Under the pieces are notes generated by a model that was given only the letters and a program-made list of their open reading frames with translations, made no database searches and had not been told where the DNA came from. A DNA stretch of 64,000 nucleotides from Candidatus Bathyarchaeota archaeon (GTDB taxonomy: Archaea > Thermoproteota > Bathyarchaeia > TCS64): assembly GCA_963771885.1 (NCBI GenBank), contig CAVYVF010000023.1:951079-1015078 (forward strand). The letters are read 5' to 3'. The position numbers were made by a program, and so were the translations under genes. Positions 53,700 to 64,000 of this stretch are shown one piece after another. The first letter of the stretch is position 1; each line of letters starts with the position of its first letter.

Positions 53700-54450
53700 G
53701 TGTGCTTTTAATTGTTGATGGGTGGTGCTATCACGAGAAGAACGCTATTATTTCGGAGAGCGATCCCTGGAAAATCTTAACGGTATCATTTGTAGTGTTG
53801 GTGTTGTAGAGCGTGAATTTTGTGATCAGACGGTTTTGCGTTGAATAGTGGTTGTAATATATGCCCATCTCAGATGCTGCAATCTTGGATACGGTGTGGG
53901 TGCCTTCATGAGTCCAGTATCTTTCCGCTGCGTCCAGAATCGTTACCTGTCCATTTGCAGCAGGTATGAAGATAGCTGCTCCTAGTCTAGTGCATTGCAC
54001 TGTACTACCTGCTGTTAACCGCCACCTTTGTCGCTATTCAGCCAGAAAATCTTGGTTTCCGGATCATCCGAATGGTTGTAAAGTTATTCCAAGGGAACTC
54101 AAAAGTGGAGCGAGTTAATCGAAACATCAACCTGTATTGAAGGAGTTATGATGTCAGTTTAGATAACTGAGAAGACTCCCCATGATTAAAGGTTCCCACA
54201 CTGGAGACGTTGGAGGAACCTAACACGCAAATTTATTGGTGATTCAAGAGTCTATGACTGGCAATCGGCGGCACTAACAAGCCAACTTCGTCATATAGTG
54301 ACAACTTTTATCGGTAGTCTATATTGTATGATTCTTGTTTACAATTCTACTACAGCCTGTTACCTGAAATCGATACTGGTTATCGTATAATGCACTATAG
54401 AACTGTTGTTGACTTTATCCGAACTAGTCAATATAATACTTGGTAATCAG
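53700..54450. other. Compositional discontinuity: GC-rich segment joins an AT-rich Nitrososphaeraceae-like segment
   Basis: Abrupt change in GC, codon third positions and gene density. Confidence 0.8.
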
Positions 54451-54453
54451 ATA

Positions 54454-54593
54454 ATGCCAGTAGAATAATAAAAATCTTCGAATGCGAGTTTATTCATTGC
54501 GGTTACAAGTGGATAAATTGGATTAATGGAAAAGAACGCCCTGTGCCAAGAAATTGCCCCAAAAGTAGACAGCGGGTATCGGGACGGGAATAA
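54454..54593 (+). pseudogene. Remnant of a small zinc-ribbon-like gene
   Basis: Broken frame reading ECEFIHCGYKWI...PRNCPKS. Confidence 0.3.
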
Positions 54594-54677
54594 AAGTAAG
54601 AAACGGCCTGACCGAACACTCATTTGGCATGCGGATTCCACTCAAGAAGTATGTCACTGTCAACGCCGAAGATACTC

Positions 54678-55160
54678 CTAATGAATACTTCTGGCAATCG
54701 TAAGACTCTTACTCGCAGTACAAAGCCCCAATAGCATAGGCGCCACTCCGTAATTTTTGGGTATGTGTTTTCTGAGATACAATGCCAAGTCACTCGTCGT
54801 GATCACGCCTACCAATTCCTTATTTTCCTTATCTTCTACCGCTATGTGTCTTACCCTATATTCCACCATCAATTTAGCTGCGTCTTCGATCGACGAATTC
54901 TTGTCAATTGTAAGTAAAGGTGTGGACATAACGGAGATGGCATCAATCCCCTGACCAGAAAGGTTTTTACTGCATATCTCCCTAAGAAGATCTCTTTCAG
55001 TAATTATTCCCACGATTTTGTCAGTCTCGTCAGTTAGCAAGATTGAACTAATCTTGCGTTCTAGCATTTTTTTGGCTACTTCAAGTGCGTTGCTTTGAGA
55101 AGACATACTAACGATATTTTTACTCATGTAATTCTCTATTAACGATGTATTTGACTCCAA
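54678..55160 (-). CDS. CBS-pair protein
   Basis: IVGIITERDL, VMSTPL, VGVITTSDL. Confidence 0.88.
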   Translation of the reverse strand: MESNTSLIENYMSKNIVSMSSQSNALEVAKKMLERKISSILLTDETDKIVGIITERDLLREICSKNLSGQGIDAISVMSTPLLTIDKNSSIEDAAKLMVEYRVRHIAVEDKENKELVGVITTSDLALYLRKHIPKNYGVAPMLLGLCTASKSLTIARSIH

Positions 55161-55392
55161 ATATGTTTGAATTTCACAATAATTTCATTATATATTTAAC
55201 TGATAGTTTGTGGCGGACGTACTTTGCGGTAGGCTTAGATTATCACCATGAAGGCAGGCCACAAATAATGGCTGGAAGAACAGAGAACCTAATTTTTTCT
55301 TCAAGGCAAATTAGGATTATATTTTCTCAAAAGAAGCAAATGAGGTAAATTAATATTTTATTAATCTCATAAGTGATGATAGATGGTTGAGT

Positions 55393-57042
55393 ATGTCCGC
55401 ATATCAACAAGGTAGAGTTCCAATTCTTCTTTTAAAAGAAGGTGCAACTGAAACAAAAGGTAAAGATGCAAGAAAGAACAGCATCACAGCTGCAAAATTA
55501 ATTGCACAAGTTATTCGTTCGAGCTTAGGTCCAAGAGGCATGGACAAGATGCTGGTGGGTTCTACGGGCGATATAACAATAACTAATGACGGTGCTACTA
55601 TCCTTAAGGAAATAGATGTTGAGCATCCTGTAGCCAAGATGATGGTGGAAGTTGCAAAATCTGTAGATAATGAAGCAGGAGATGGAACCAAATCCGTAGT
55701 TGTGCTTGCCGGCGCTTTGATTGAAAATGCTGAGGAACTTTTCAATAAAGATGTTCATCCTACAATAGTTGTAGAAGGTTACAGAGAAGCTTCAAAGAAG
55801 GCTATCGAATTTCTTAAAAAAATATCCATTGAGGTAGACCCCAAAGATAAGGCATTTCTAAACAAAATTGCCATGACATCGATGGCGTCCAAATTGGTGA
55901 CTACAAATTCTCAGGTCTTATCTGATATTGTGATTGATGCGGCTTTGAACGTGGCAGAAGAATTAGAGGAAAATAAATTCAAAATTGATTTAGATAACAT
56001 TAAGGTTGAGAAGAAAGTTGGTGCCTCTCTTCATGATAGTCAGCTTATACAGGGCATTGTGATGGACAAGGAGATTGTACATGCCGGAATGCCAAAGAAA
56101 ATTCAGGGAGCCAAAATTGTTTTGCTTAACTCTGCTTTAGAAATCGAGAAAACAAAGTTTGACGCCAAACTGGATATCAGCTCTCCAGACCAAATGCAAA
56201 ATTTTCTAAATGAGGAGGAAAGGATGCTCAAATCCATGGTTGACAAGATTTCTGCATCGGGAGCAAACGTCGTAATCTGTCAGAAAGGAATAGACGATAT
56301 AGCTCAACACTATCTAGCTAAAGCAGGAATAATTGCACTCAGAAGAATTAAAGAAAGCGACATGTCAAAACTTGCTAAAGCTACAGGTGCAAGGATAGTT
56401 ACTAACACAGATGAGCTATCTAAAGATGATATTGGTCATGCAGAGCTGGTAGAGGAACGTAAAGTAGAAACTGACAAATGGGTATTCATTGAAGGCTGCA
56501 AAAATCCAAAATCAGTTACTATCTTAATACGTGGTGGTTCTCAGACACTCGTTGATGAGGCTGAAAGGTCTATCCATGACGCATTAATGGCTATCAAAGA
56601 CGTTGTAGAATATCCTTACGTTGTTGTGGGCGGAGGTGCATCTGAGGCCATTGTTTCTCGAAAGTTGAGAGAATGGTCCGCATCTCTTGCAAGCCGGAAG
56701 CAATTGGCAGTTGAAAAATATGCCGATGCGGTAGAATCTATTCCATTAGTCTTGGCAGAAAACGCTGGGATGTCTGTGATAGATACGCAAGCACAATTGC
56801 GAACCAAAAGTAAGGAGGCTGGAAAAGCAAGATATGGTATAGATGTATTCAAGGGAAAAATTGCTGATTTATCGTCTAGAGATATCTATGAGCCCCTTTC
56901 AGTCAAAAATCAAATCATAAATTCTGCAACAGAGGCAGCCTGCATGATATTACGTATAGACAATATAATATCTGCAGGTGCACCCAAAGGTGGCGCTCCT
57001 CCACCAGGAGGCGGGGGCTATGGGGGCATGCCAGAATACTAG
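55393..57042 (+). CDS. ths: Thermosome subunit (group II chaperonin)
   Basis: SLGPRGMDKML, TNDGATIL, GDGTKS, CQKGIDD, ILRID, Gly-rich tail. Confidence 0.95.
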   Translation: MSAYQQGRVPILLLKEGATETKGKDARKNSITAAKLIAQVIRSSLGPRGMDKMLVGSTGDITITNDGATILKEIDVEHPVAKMMVEVAKSVDNEAGDGTKSVVVLAGALIENAEELFNKDVHPTIVVEGYREASKKAIEFLKKISIEVDPKDKAFLNKIAMTSMASKLVTTNSQVLSDIVIDAALNVAEELEENKFKIDLDNIKVEKKVGASLHDSQLIQGIVMDKEIVHAGMPKKIQGAKIVLLNSALEIEKTKFDAKLDISSPDQMQNFLNEEERMLKSMVDKISASGANVVICQKGIDDIAQHYLAKAGIIALRRIKESDMSKLAKATGARIVTNTDELSKDDIGHAELVEERKVETDKWVFIEGCKNPKSVTILIRGGSQTLVDEAERSIHDALMAIKDVVEYPYVVVGGGASEAIVSRKLREWSASLASRKQLAVEKYADAVESIPLVLAENAGMSVIDTQAQLRTKSKEAGKARYGIDVFKGKIADLSSRDIYEPLSVKNQIINSATEAACMILRIDNIISAGAPKGGAPPPGGGGYGGMPEY

Positions 57043-57390
57043 AAGACTGATTAGCTATGATGGATAAATAATACCGACATAATTCCCATAGAAATGGATT
57101 TTTAAAATTATCATTCATATTTTTCCTACAAATCTTTTCCGCCATTGACAATAGGTTCACTTATGAAGAAATGTCATCCGACCCTCGAACGTTAGGTGTA
57201 ATGGTCAACTAAGTAATTTTCTATTAGTCAGTAGATTGAGGGACCGATAATTTTGGAATCTTGTCTACAGGTACATTTATTACAGACAGTTGTAGTTTCC
57301 GATGCTTTTCTAGCACCACTTGCTGTCGAGACTTGTTTTGATTACGTCAGATTAAGTGGATAATCTTGGTAACTGTGGTATAGGTTTTCA

Positions 57391-57909
57391 TCATAAAAGA
57401 TATTCATTTGGATATTTCCTGACAGGAGAATCATAAGGTATTCCTTCAAATCTGTAGGATTCTTTTCGTCTCCTCATAAAAGAAGGTGCCGATTCAACAC
57501 CTGCACAATAGATTAAATCCCATCTTGCAAATAGGTCAATTTGATAGAAGTGGCTCTTTCTAATTTCTGGACTAGTTAGACCATCCCGGGTTTCTACCGC
57601 AATGCTCTTGGCAGCATCCAAGCACCCTGACCAAAGACGTAGAATAACATTTTTCTTTGATGCTTCAGTTGGTATGTCTAAAAGAAAGGAATTTGCAATA
57701 CCTAAGACCTTGTTGAGACGAAATTCCCTTTCGTCTTGAGACATATATTCGAGTAATAAGTTTGCAGTATTATTCTCAACAGTAAGTGGCATATCTATCT
57801 TATCTATCAAAATAGCTCTTGTTTCTACATCTTTTAGTGATGTTGGCAATACTTCGATTGAAAGTCTACAAGCCCAAAAATAAGCATACAACATATTTGA
57901 ATCGGGCAA
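57391..57909 (-). CDS. Hypothetical protein
   Basis: 172-aa open frame in AT-rich DNA. Confidence 0.5.
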   Translation of the reverse strand: MPDSNMLYAYFWACRLSIEVLPTSLKDVETRAILIDKIDMPLTVENNTANLLLEYMSQDEREFRLNKVLGIANSFLLDIPTEASKKNVILRLWSGCLDAAKSIAVETRDGLTSPEIRKSHFYQIDLFARWDLIYCAGVESAPSFMRRRKESYRFEGIPYDSPVRKYPNEYLL

Positions 57910-58131
57910 TTATACCACGAATTGAGTAAGGTTCTAGATAAGTAATTCTCCAGTATTGTTAAGAAGTAATCACAAATTCATTATCTGTAGGTTGAAATGG
58001 GTCTCTTTTGTAAATTCGTACCCATGTTTAAGAAACTCCTGCAATTTGTTAATGTTTGAACGTTATACGTGGATTCTTCTTTTCTTTGCCACCTCCTTCA
58101 ATTAGTATTGTTATCTCTTGTTATTACTCTG

Positions 58132-58971
58132 TTAAGTTACTGTCCGCAAACTGAATTCGTCTGTTAATGGAGTTTCTGGAGGCCTACCATTTATTGCAGA
58201 TATTTCTGATGTTATAGTATAATTGGCGTTCTCAGTGAAGATTGGTCCTTCAATATGATATGCTCCAGTGCTGCTAAAGTCAGGTCCATAAGTTATTGTT
58301 TTGTTTTCACCTCTTACCAATTCAAGTGGAAGCTTCTCTCCTGGAGTAACAAAGGTCTTTGAGAATATCTTATTATCATCGCCAGTGCCATTCGTGTAGA
58401 TAGTGATATTATAAACAAGCGGAGTTGTCCTGTCTAACGGCACAGTTCGTGGTTCAAAACTAAGCAGTGTTCTGAAATCTTTAGAAAAGTTCCAGACAGG
58501 TCCCGTTCCGTATGCTAATTCAAAATTGGTCCCTCTTGCTATCGAGTCGCTTACGGACACTGTTGCCACTCGCCATGGATGTATTATGCAATAGTATGAG
58601 AAATCCCCACGGCTATCAAATGTGTACTGAAAGAGGGAATTTGCGGTTGCGGGCATTAAGCCTGAGTTAAATAAATTATTGGGCGTTCCGGGAACTCCAC
58701 TAGTTACTGTGTGTGGTTGACCAAAATCATTGTTAAACCATGCAATTGTAGTGTGTGCTGGGACGGCAATTGCTGGTGGAAAGTAATGATACGTACTATC
58801 TTTTTGAGCTGCCCCTGGCACTATGCTTACCGCATAGGTAGCAAGTATATTTTGCAATGTGGCCATACTTCCGGGCTGTGCGGTCACATTTAATGTGGAT
58901 GTGAATCCTACAGAAACAAGCATTGTCGTAATTAACGATACGGCGGCAACAGCAAGTCACTTTGTTGTCAT
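58132..58971 (-). CDS. Secreted cupredoxin-domain protein; in-frame TGA in the signal peptide
   Basis: PHTVTSG, FNSG, YYCIIHPWR; upstream MTTK*LAVAAVSLITTMLV signal-like sequence. Confidence 0.82.
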
Positions 58972-59287
58972 GCATAAGCCTCTTATATAGAAAAGTCAAC
59001 TATAAAAGCAATTCTTGTGTTGTCCACGTAATATCGTACTTGGCAGTTAACTGCATAATAGAAGGATATCTAATACTTAGGGTTTACCTCATTTTTGACA
59101 AACCCTACCTCCACGCACCCACATTTGTGGACACAATTTTTATAATCTTTTCAAAGAACATTATTTTTCAATAAGAAAGAAGATAGATTTTCTGATAGTC
59201 TATCGTAATAATTGTACGAGTCATCTTTCACAGCTGATGGGTTACAAATTCCCAAGGCAGTAAGAAATAATAAATAATTTGGGAAAC

Positions 59288-59728
59288 ATGTTACAAATGT
59301 CAAAGAATACAGACCACCCTGTCATCCGTAAAATCTTGGTAGCCGTTGATGGGTCGGAAACTTCTTCCAAGGCTGCGGAGAATGCTTCTGAGCTTGCAGA
59401 AAAATATGGAGCAGACCTTATTGCGCTATATATTGTTCCTCCCAACATAAAATCCAGCGAAATTTTTGACCTCGCAAAGCAATATGGACAGAAAATCGTT
59501 GATGAAGTAAAGCATGAAGCATCTGCTAAAAAGGTAAATGTACAAACTGAAGTTCTCTGGGATGTTGGCTCGGTAACAAAAGCAATTGTGGAATATGCGG
59601 AAAACAATAATGTTAATTTGATTGTGTTAGGAACTAGGGGAATCACCGGAATCAAGCGGATGCTATTAGGGAGCACAGCTTCGGGAGTAGTCACGTATTC
59701 CCATTGTCCCGTAATGGTCGTTAAGTGA
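59288..59728 (+). CDS. Universal stress protein
   Basis: KILVAVDGS, LIVLGTRG...LLGSTA, HCPVMVVK. Confidence 0.92.
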   Translation: MLQMSKNTDHPVIRKILVAVDGSETSSKAAENASELAEKYGADLIALYIVPPNIKSSEIFDLAKQYGQKIVDEVKHEASAKKVNVQTEVLWDVGSVTKAIVEYAENNNVNLIVLGTRGITGIKRMLLGSTASGVVTYSHCPVMVVK

Positions 59729-60160
59729 ACAAACGTTTCCGGCCATAGAGCCCTTAAACCGTAAATCGTTCTGGGCTGTCTAACTTAATTCGATGATTAA
59801 CCACGTCGGAATCTCTGGTGAACGATGCAAATATTCTGTCTTGTTATTAAGGTGGGGGTCTTGTCTTGCCTAATATCAAATTAAATTTATAGCCAGCCAG
59901 CTTGGTCCCGGCCTTTATTGAGGTGAAGACCTTCATCTCATTATGCAGTATTTGATTTTACATAAGCTATTTCAAAAAACGGTAGAAGGATTGCTTAAAG
60001 TATCTGGACCGAAAAACTATCCTAAGCATTGGTGTTTTGCTTGTGTTTATGAAAAGGGTTTGGTTGATTACAACGAACGTAACATAGAGTAGTGCAAATA
60101 TGACGGTAGTTTCACATACTTAGTCAAACTACCAATACGAAATCTGATTAAGAAGATGCA

Positions 60161-60349
60161 TTACCACCCACTACTGTGTTGTCTATGTTTATCAGAAAAT
60201 TTCCTGGCCATATCGTCATATTTTTGAGGGTTCCTGTCGAAGGACATTTTACACGCTTCTGAACAGAAATAATATTTTGTTCCAGCATATTCCTTAACAA
60301 AAGGCGTATTTTCTTCCACATGCATGCTACAAACGTGGTCTCTTGCCAT
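60161..60349 (-). CDS. YHS/TRASH domain protein
   Basis: DHVCSMHV...YYFCSEACK.SF..NP.KY. Confidence 0.85.
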   Translation of the reverse strand: MARDHVCSMHVEENTPFVKEYAGTKYYFCSEACKMSFDRNPQKYDDMARKFSDKHRQHSSGW

Positions 60350-60417
60350 ATGCCACATACTTTTAGTCCAATGGTAATAAAGCTATACTCAAGTGTGAAG
60401 CTAGATAATCAAAAGAT

Positions 60418-60871
60418 TCACTTTACTACAAGTACAGGACAGTGTGCATAAGTTACAACTTTAGATGCTACACTTCCAAGCAAGAGCTTCTTAAAACCAG
60501 ACCTTCCCCTAGTCCCGACCACTATTAGGTCAACATTTTCATTTTCGGCATAAATGATTATAGAATCTGGTACAGGAGAAGGTCCACCAATAACTTTTAT
60601 TTCTGTTTGAATACCCTCGTTCTCACATTTCTTCTTAATCGCATCCAGCCACTCCAGGACTGCTTTATGCAGTTCATATTCTTCCAAACCGTAGGTTGGT
60701 GCCGTAATAATAGAAGAGGATACTTGCTTTGCCGTATCTGTCAAGTATATTCAACACCGTTATACGGGAATTATCTTCTTTCTTGGCTAACTCGATTGCA
60801 TAATCCACTGCTTTAATGGACTATTAGGAGCCATCTATTGCAAGAAGGATTGAAAAATTCTTCGTCGACAT
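60418..60871 (-). pseudogene. Universal stress protein pseudogene
   Basis: MSTKNFSILLAIDGS then TAA TAG in frame, a frameshift near 60745, then intact DLIVVGTRG..LLGSV..HCPVLVVK. Confidence 0.8.
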
Positions 60872-61239
60872 ATCTTAATTCTAAATGCCACAGAATAAAA
60901 CTTGAATAAGGGAATCCAATAGATACGGTGTCGAAAGACTCTCCCTTATCATTCCAAAGCAATATTTTAGACAAAGATACAGAGTTATAATGTCAGAACA
61001 AAGAGAAGAAATCCGGACTTTTGAAGGCAGTTCAGTCTAATAGGCATAGAAATAGATTACAGAAGAGACGAATGTTAAATAAATGAACAAATATTTGGAA
61101 ATAATAATCATAATAGCAATTTTATCAGTTGTGCTAGCATCGTTGAAATTGATTCTTGGATAGGATTTTATTTTGGGGTTGAACTAATTTAAAATACTGA
61201 TTCAAAAAGTTGATGGGATTTCTTCGTAAAAGTTCCTTA

Positions 61240-61551
61240 TTACAGTTTCTTTAGATTTTGCTTGGGATTAGAATCAGAATCGGACGACTCCGACCTCACG
61301 GAACCGTTATCTTTTCTAGGCTTCATTACCTTTTCGACTTCTTTGTCATAAAGTTTTACCAAGTCTGATATAGTAACGATTCCAAGTACTCTGTTACCTT
61401 CATTGGATACGACAGGCATCTCTTGGAGTTCGTTAGACGAGAGCCTAACAAGAGCATTATGAAGAGAGTCTGTTATGTAGGCAAAGAATGGGTCTTTTAT
61501 CATAATACTATCCAGTTTGACAGTCTTACGACAAATCCTATTAGAATCCAT
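61240..61551 (-). pseudogene. Isolated CBS-domain fragment (possibly the tail of a truncated transporter)
   Basis: MPVVS..VLGIVTISDL; upstream frame broken. Confidence 0.55.
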
Positions 61552-61689
61552 TTTCGAAAGTAACTAAAGTCGAGGTAATTCCACTTGTTATGTCTAATGT
61601 TTTTTATTGCCTTAATTATTCTGGAATAAGGTGGTGGATTACTATTCACTTTCTATCTCGCTAAATTTATAAAGTATAATCAAATCTAA

Positions 61690-62522
61690 ACTCATTCAAT
61701 CCAACATCTTCATTGGATGATTCATCTTAAAGAAGTGCAAAATCTATCATCTGCTTCTATTACGCTGTATTGCACAAGCCTTATGCCACGTTGATGACAT
61801 GAATGATATTACTGGACTAAATTGGAAGAAGATTAGTAGTTTTATTGGCGAGAATATAAAGACAGTAAAGGACAGGCCGTACACGAGAAGAGGTCCGTAA
61901 ACTACTCGACGTCTGCTCAGGACAGGAGGCTCCGGTCTAAGGATTGGAAGCCTCGGTGGCCTGAAACTGCAAAACCTCCAACGAGTACCTAACTATGGCA
62001 TTTACCAAATAACAGTCTATCAAAATACCAAAGAAGAATATTTCACTTTTTTGTACGCCAGAATGCGCCTCGGCTATAGATTCATACCTCGAATTTAGGA
62101 AGAGAGATGGAGACCAGCTAAGGCCCTCCGAGCCATTGCTGGATGAGTTTGACTTTAATGACCAAATTAGGGCTGCAAGCCCCAAAACCTTGTCAACATT
62201 TGGTCTGCGTGGTCGTGTCTTCAGATTATTAGTATCGAGTGGAGTAAGGGAAAGATAACCACAGTTAGAAAGAGTGCGAGATGGGAAGAATCAGATACAA
62301 AGTAGCAGTATGACCGACGCGAGGTTATGCAGTGTCACGGATTTCGCAATTTTTTTCCACCACTTGTACTTTCAAGGTTTGCCTCCCCTCACAGTGAAGC
62401 TCCTATTGGGACATAAGGCGTTGGGAATAACCGGAGTTTATTTCAAGCCTACGCCAAATGATTTGTTGGAAGGAAATGACAAAATGTTGGGCTATGCTCA
62501 AGTTACTGTATCCTGGAGATAA
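61690..62522 (+). pseudogene. Decayed tyrosine recombinase/integrase
   Basis: Fragments across frames: MND...NWKKI, DRPYT, SGLRIG, YFTFCTPECASAIDSYL, HGFR, LLGH...YFKPT. Confidence 0.8.
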
Positions 62523-62921
62523 TTATGTAAGGGACTTTAGCGGAACTACGAACCCAACAGACACAATCGAGGCGCAAATAGTGGCTTCAGGATATGAAAC
62601 ACAACAGGCAAGAAGCGCGTTTCAAATAACTGAAGGTTGGGGATTTGCCCACCAAGACTGGTCCCCAAGCCTTGCAAGTTTATGAAGTAATAGGAGGTTA
62701 CTCCTAAATGCTTGTTTCCGATGAAGTTAGTTATAGATATACCACTTCATCAAAAATAAAGATTTCTGACGTTTTACTTGGCTTTTTAATTTCACTCGCA
62801 TAATATTGGAGTCGCAGAGTAGATAGATTATAACGACAGTTATATACGGTGACTTTATCACTCTATCCTTCGCTTTACTCTCGCAAGGCTTTCATTTAGC
62901 AATTGAAATTGTAAAAATGCC

Positions 62922-63432
62922 ATGCAAAGTCCAAAAGGTGGGAAACCAAGAAAGGTAATAAAGTCTTTGACTAGCGAAAGACCTTTTGGAGAGGTTTTTG
63001 ATTTCTTTGAAATGTGAAAAATATGGAAAGTGGTGGTGCACTGAAGTCAATCACGAAAGGAGCTGATGGATGGTGGGAATGTGATACTCCTGTAGGTAAA
63101 GCAAAAATTAAGACTCTGCCGAACAGAGAATCTGGTATTCTCGATCATTTTTTATAGGTGGAGGAATAGAATGTAAAGTATTCGTCAGAATAGTTCCAAA
63201 CCAAGAAGGATCAACAACAACTTGGACTTTCATTAAACCAGATAGCTTGACCGAGAATCAATTTGAGGAACTGCTCAAAAATTTTGATATAGAAATAATG
63301 GGGCGGAAAAGACTCTTGAGCGTACACATAATTAAAATAATATATCAAACTATCATCGACTCCAAAGTAAATGGCTTATCGTCAAGGCTTTTCCATCCCT
63401 GTTCCTCAGAACCAATCACTTATGTTTCATGA
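62922..63432 (+). pseudogene. SRPBCC/polyketide cyclase-like gene with two frameshifts
   Basis: GWWECDTPVG, GILDH, VFVRIVPN.EGSTTTWTF. Confidence 0.5.
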
Positions 63433-63475
63433 AATCTTCTTGACAACATAGCAAAAATCCTGTTTGACCGTCACA

Positions 63476-64000
63476 CTACTCATATGGTAACGATTTGATT
63501 ATTGGACCTAAACTGTTTAAAGCATCTTTTATTGGATGTGCAGTGGAGTAAATTAACATCGTATTATCTCCAGCGATGTCTTTTTGAACCGACTCGGTAA
63601 CGAAATTATGTTCCGAGAGGACATCGAATCCAGCCTTAGAAAATTGTGATTTGCAGTCTGACAATTGATCAGTTGGACACAAGAACCCGCCTACTGTCAG
63701 AGCTCCAGTAGATTTTTCAGAAGTAACTACAATTTTTCCTTCCATCGGAGGACTGTATTCTTTGTCTGAAATGCCATATGGAGATCCAGTCGAACTGAGT
63801 GATTTTATATCTGAGCCATCGGGATATTCTACCGCCGTCGTAGTCCATGCTGCATTTCCATCCTTGTCTTTGATTATTCCAACATGTACATGGCTTGGAT
63901 CATCATGAACAAAGGCTACTTCAGTTCCTTCTGGAATTTGCAGAGTTGTTGGAAGATAATTAGGGTTCTTTGGGCTTATTGTCTTGTCGTCCGAAGCAGG
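63476..64000 (-). CDS. Partial protein with a degenerate cupredoxin-like domain; 5' end off window
   Basis: Frame open to the edge: YLPTTLQIPEGTEVAFVHDDPSHVH...PPMEGKIVV. Confidence 0.55.
   Translation of the reverse strand, partial: PASDDKTISPKNPNYLPTTLQIPEGTEVAFVHDDPSHVHVGIIKDKDGNAAWTTTAVEYPDGSDIKSLSSTGSPYGISDKEYSPPMEGKIVVTSEKSTGALTVGGFLCPTDQLSDCKSQFSKAGFDVLSEHNFVTESVQKDIAGDNTMLIYSTAHPIKDALNSLGPIIKSLPYE

Noticed and set aside
53731..54000. 89-aa ORF at the junction
   Set aside because: No motif or convincing start; cannot be assigned to either segment
58957..58959. TGA recoding in the cupredoxin
   Set aside because: It falls in a signal peptide at a non-catalytic position; nonsense mutation or error is more likely
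1..64000. CRISPR array, rRNA, tRNA or intact IS element
   Set aside because: No regularly spaced repeats, RNA gene signatures or transposase ORFs recognised by eye

Overview
The window holds two compositionally different archaeal segments. Segment 1 (about 1-53.7 kb) is GC-rich (roughly 60% by eye) and gene-dense, and looks like an anaerobic Bathyarchaeia-type archaeon (inference). Its core is an energy-metabolism region at about 18-50 kb. A two-subunit fumarate hydratase is divergent from an hdrC-hdrB-FeS subunit-fumarate reductase flavoprotein-hdrA/mvhD* operon. A malic enzyme then precedes a second cluster: hdrC, hdrB, split hdrA, mvhD-wHTH, tandem hdrA, mvhD, hdrC, hdrB, mvhG, mvhA, maturation protease, an LbpA-like lipoyl carrier and an sLpl(AB)-like lipoate ligase. 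My best hypothesis is an H2-driven, electron-bifurcating fumarate-reducing system that uses a lipoylated protein rather than CoM/CoB as thiol carrier. Segment 1 also has bacterial-type rhaAB, a CoA-transferase pair, a DUF72-SWIM fusion, a G1 peptidase and an intergenic locus (16.1-16.6 kb) with two strongly base-paired candidate ncRNAs next to a PD-(D/E)XK-like ORF. About 30 single-base frameshifts, mostly insertions and several at GATC/AGCT, look like long-read consensus errors. Segment 2 (about 54-64 kb) is AT-rich (under 40% GC by eye), gene-sparse and Nitrososphaeraceae-like (thermosome, cupredoxins, USP/CBS/YHS proteins, decayed tyrosine integrase), so the join is most likely a chimera or contig concatenation. 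No rRNA, tRNA or CRISPR array was recognised. All calls come from manual motif reading; no searches were run.
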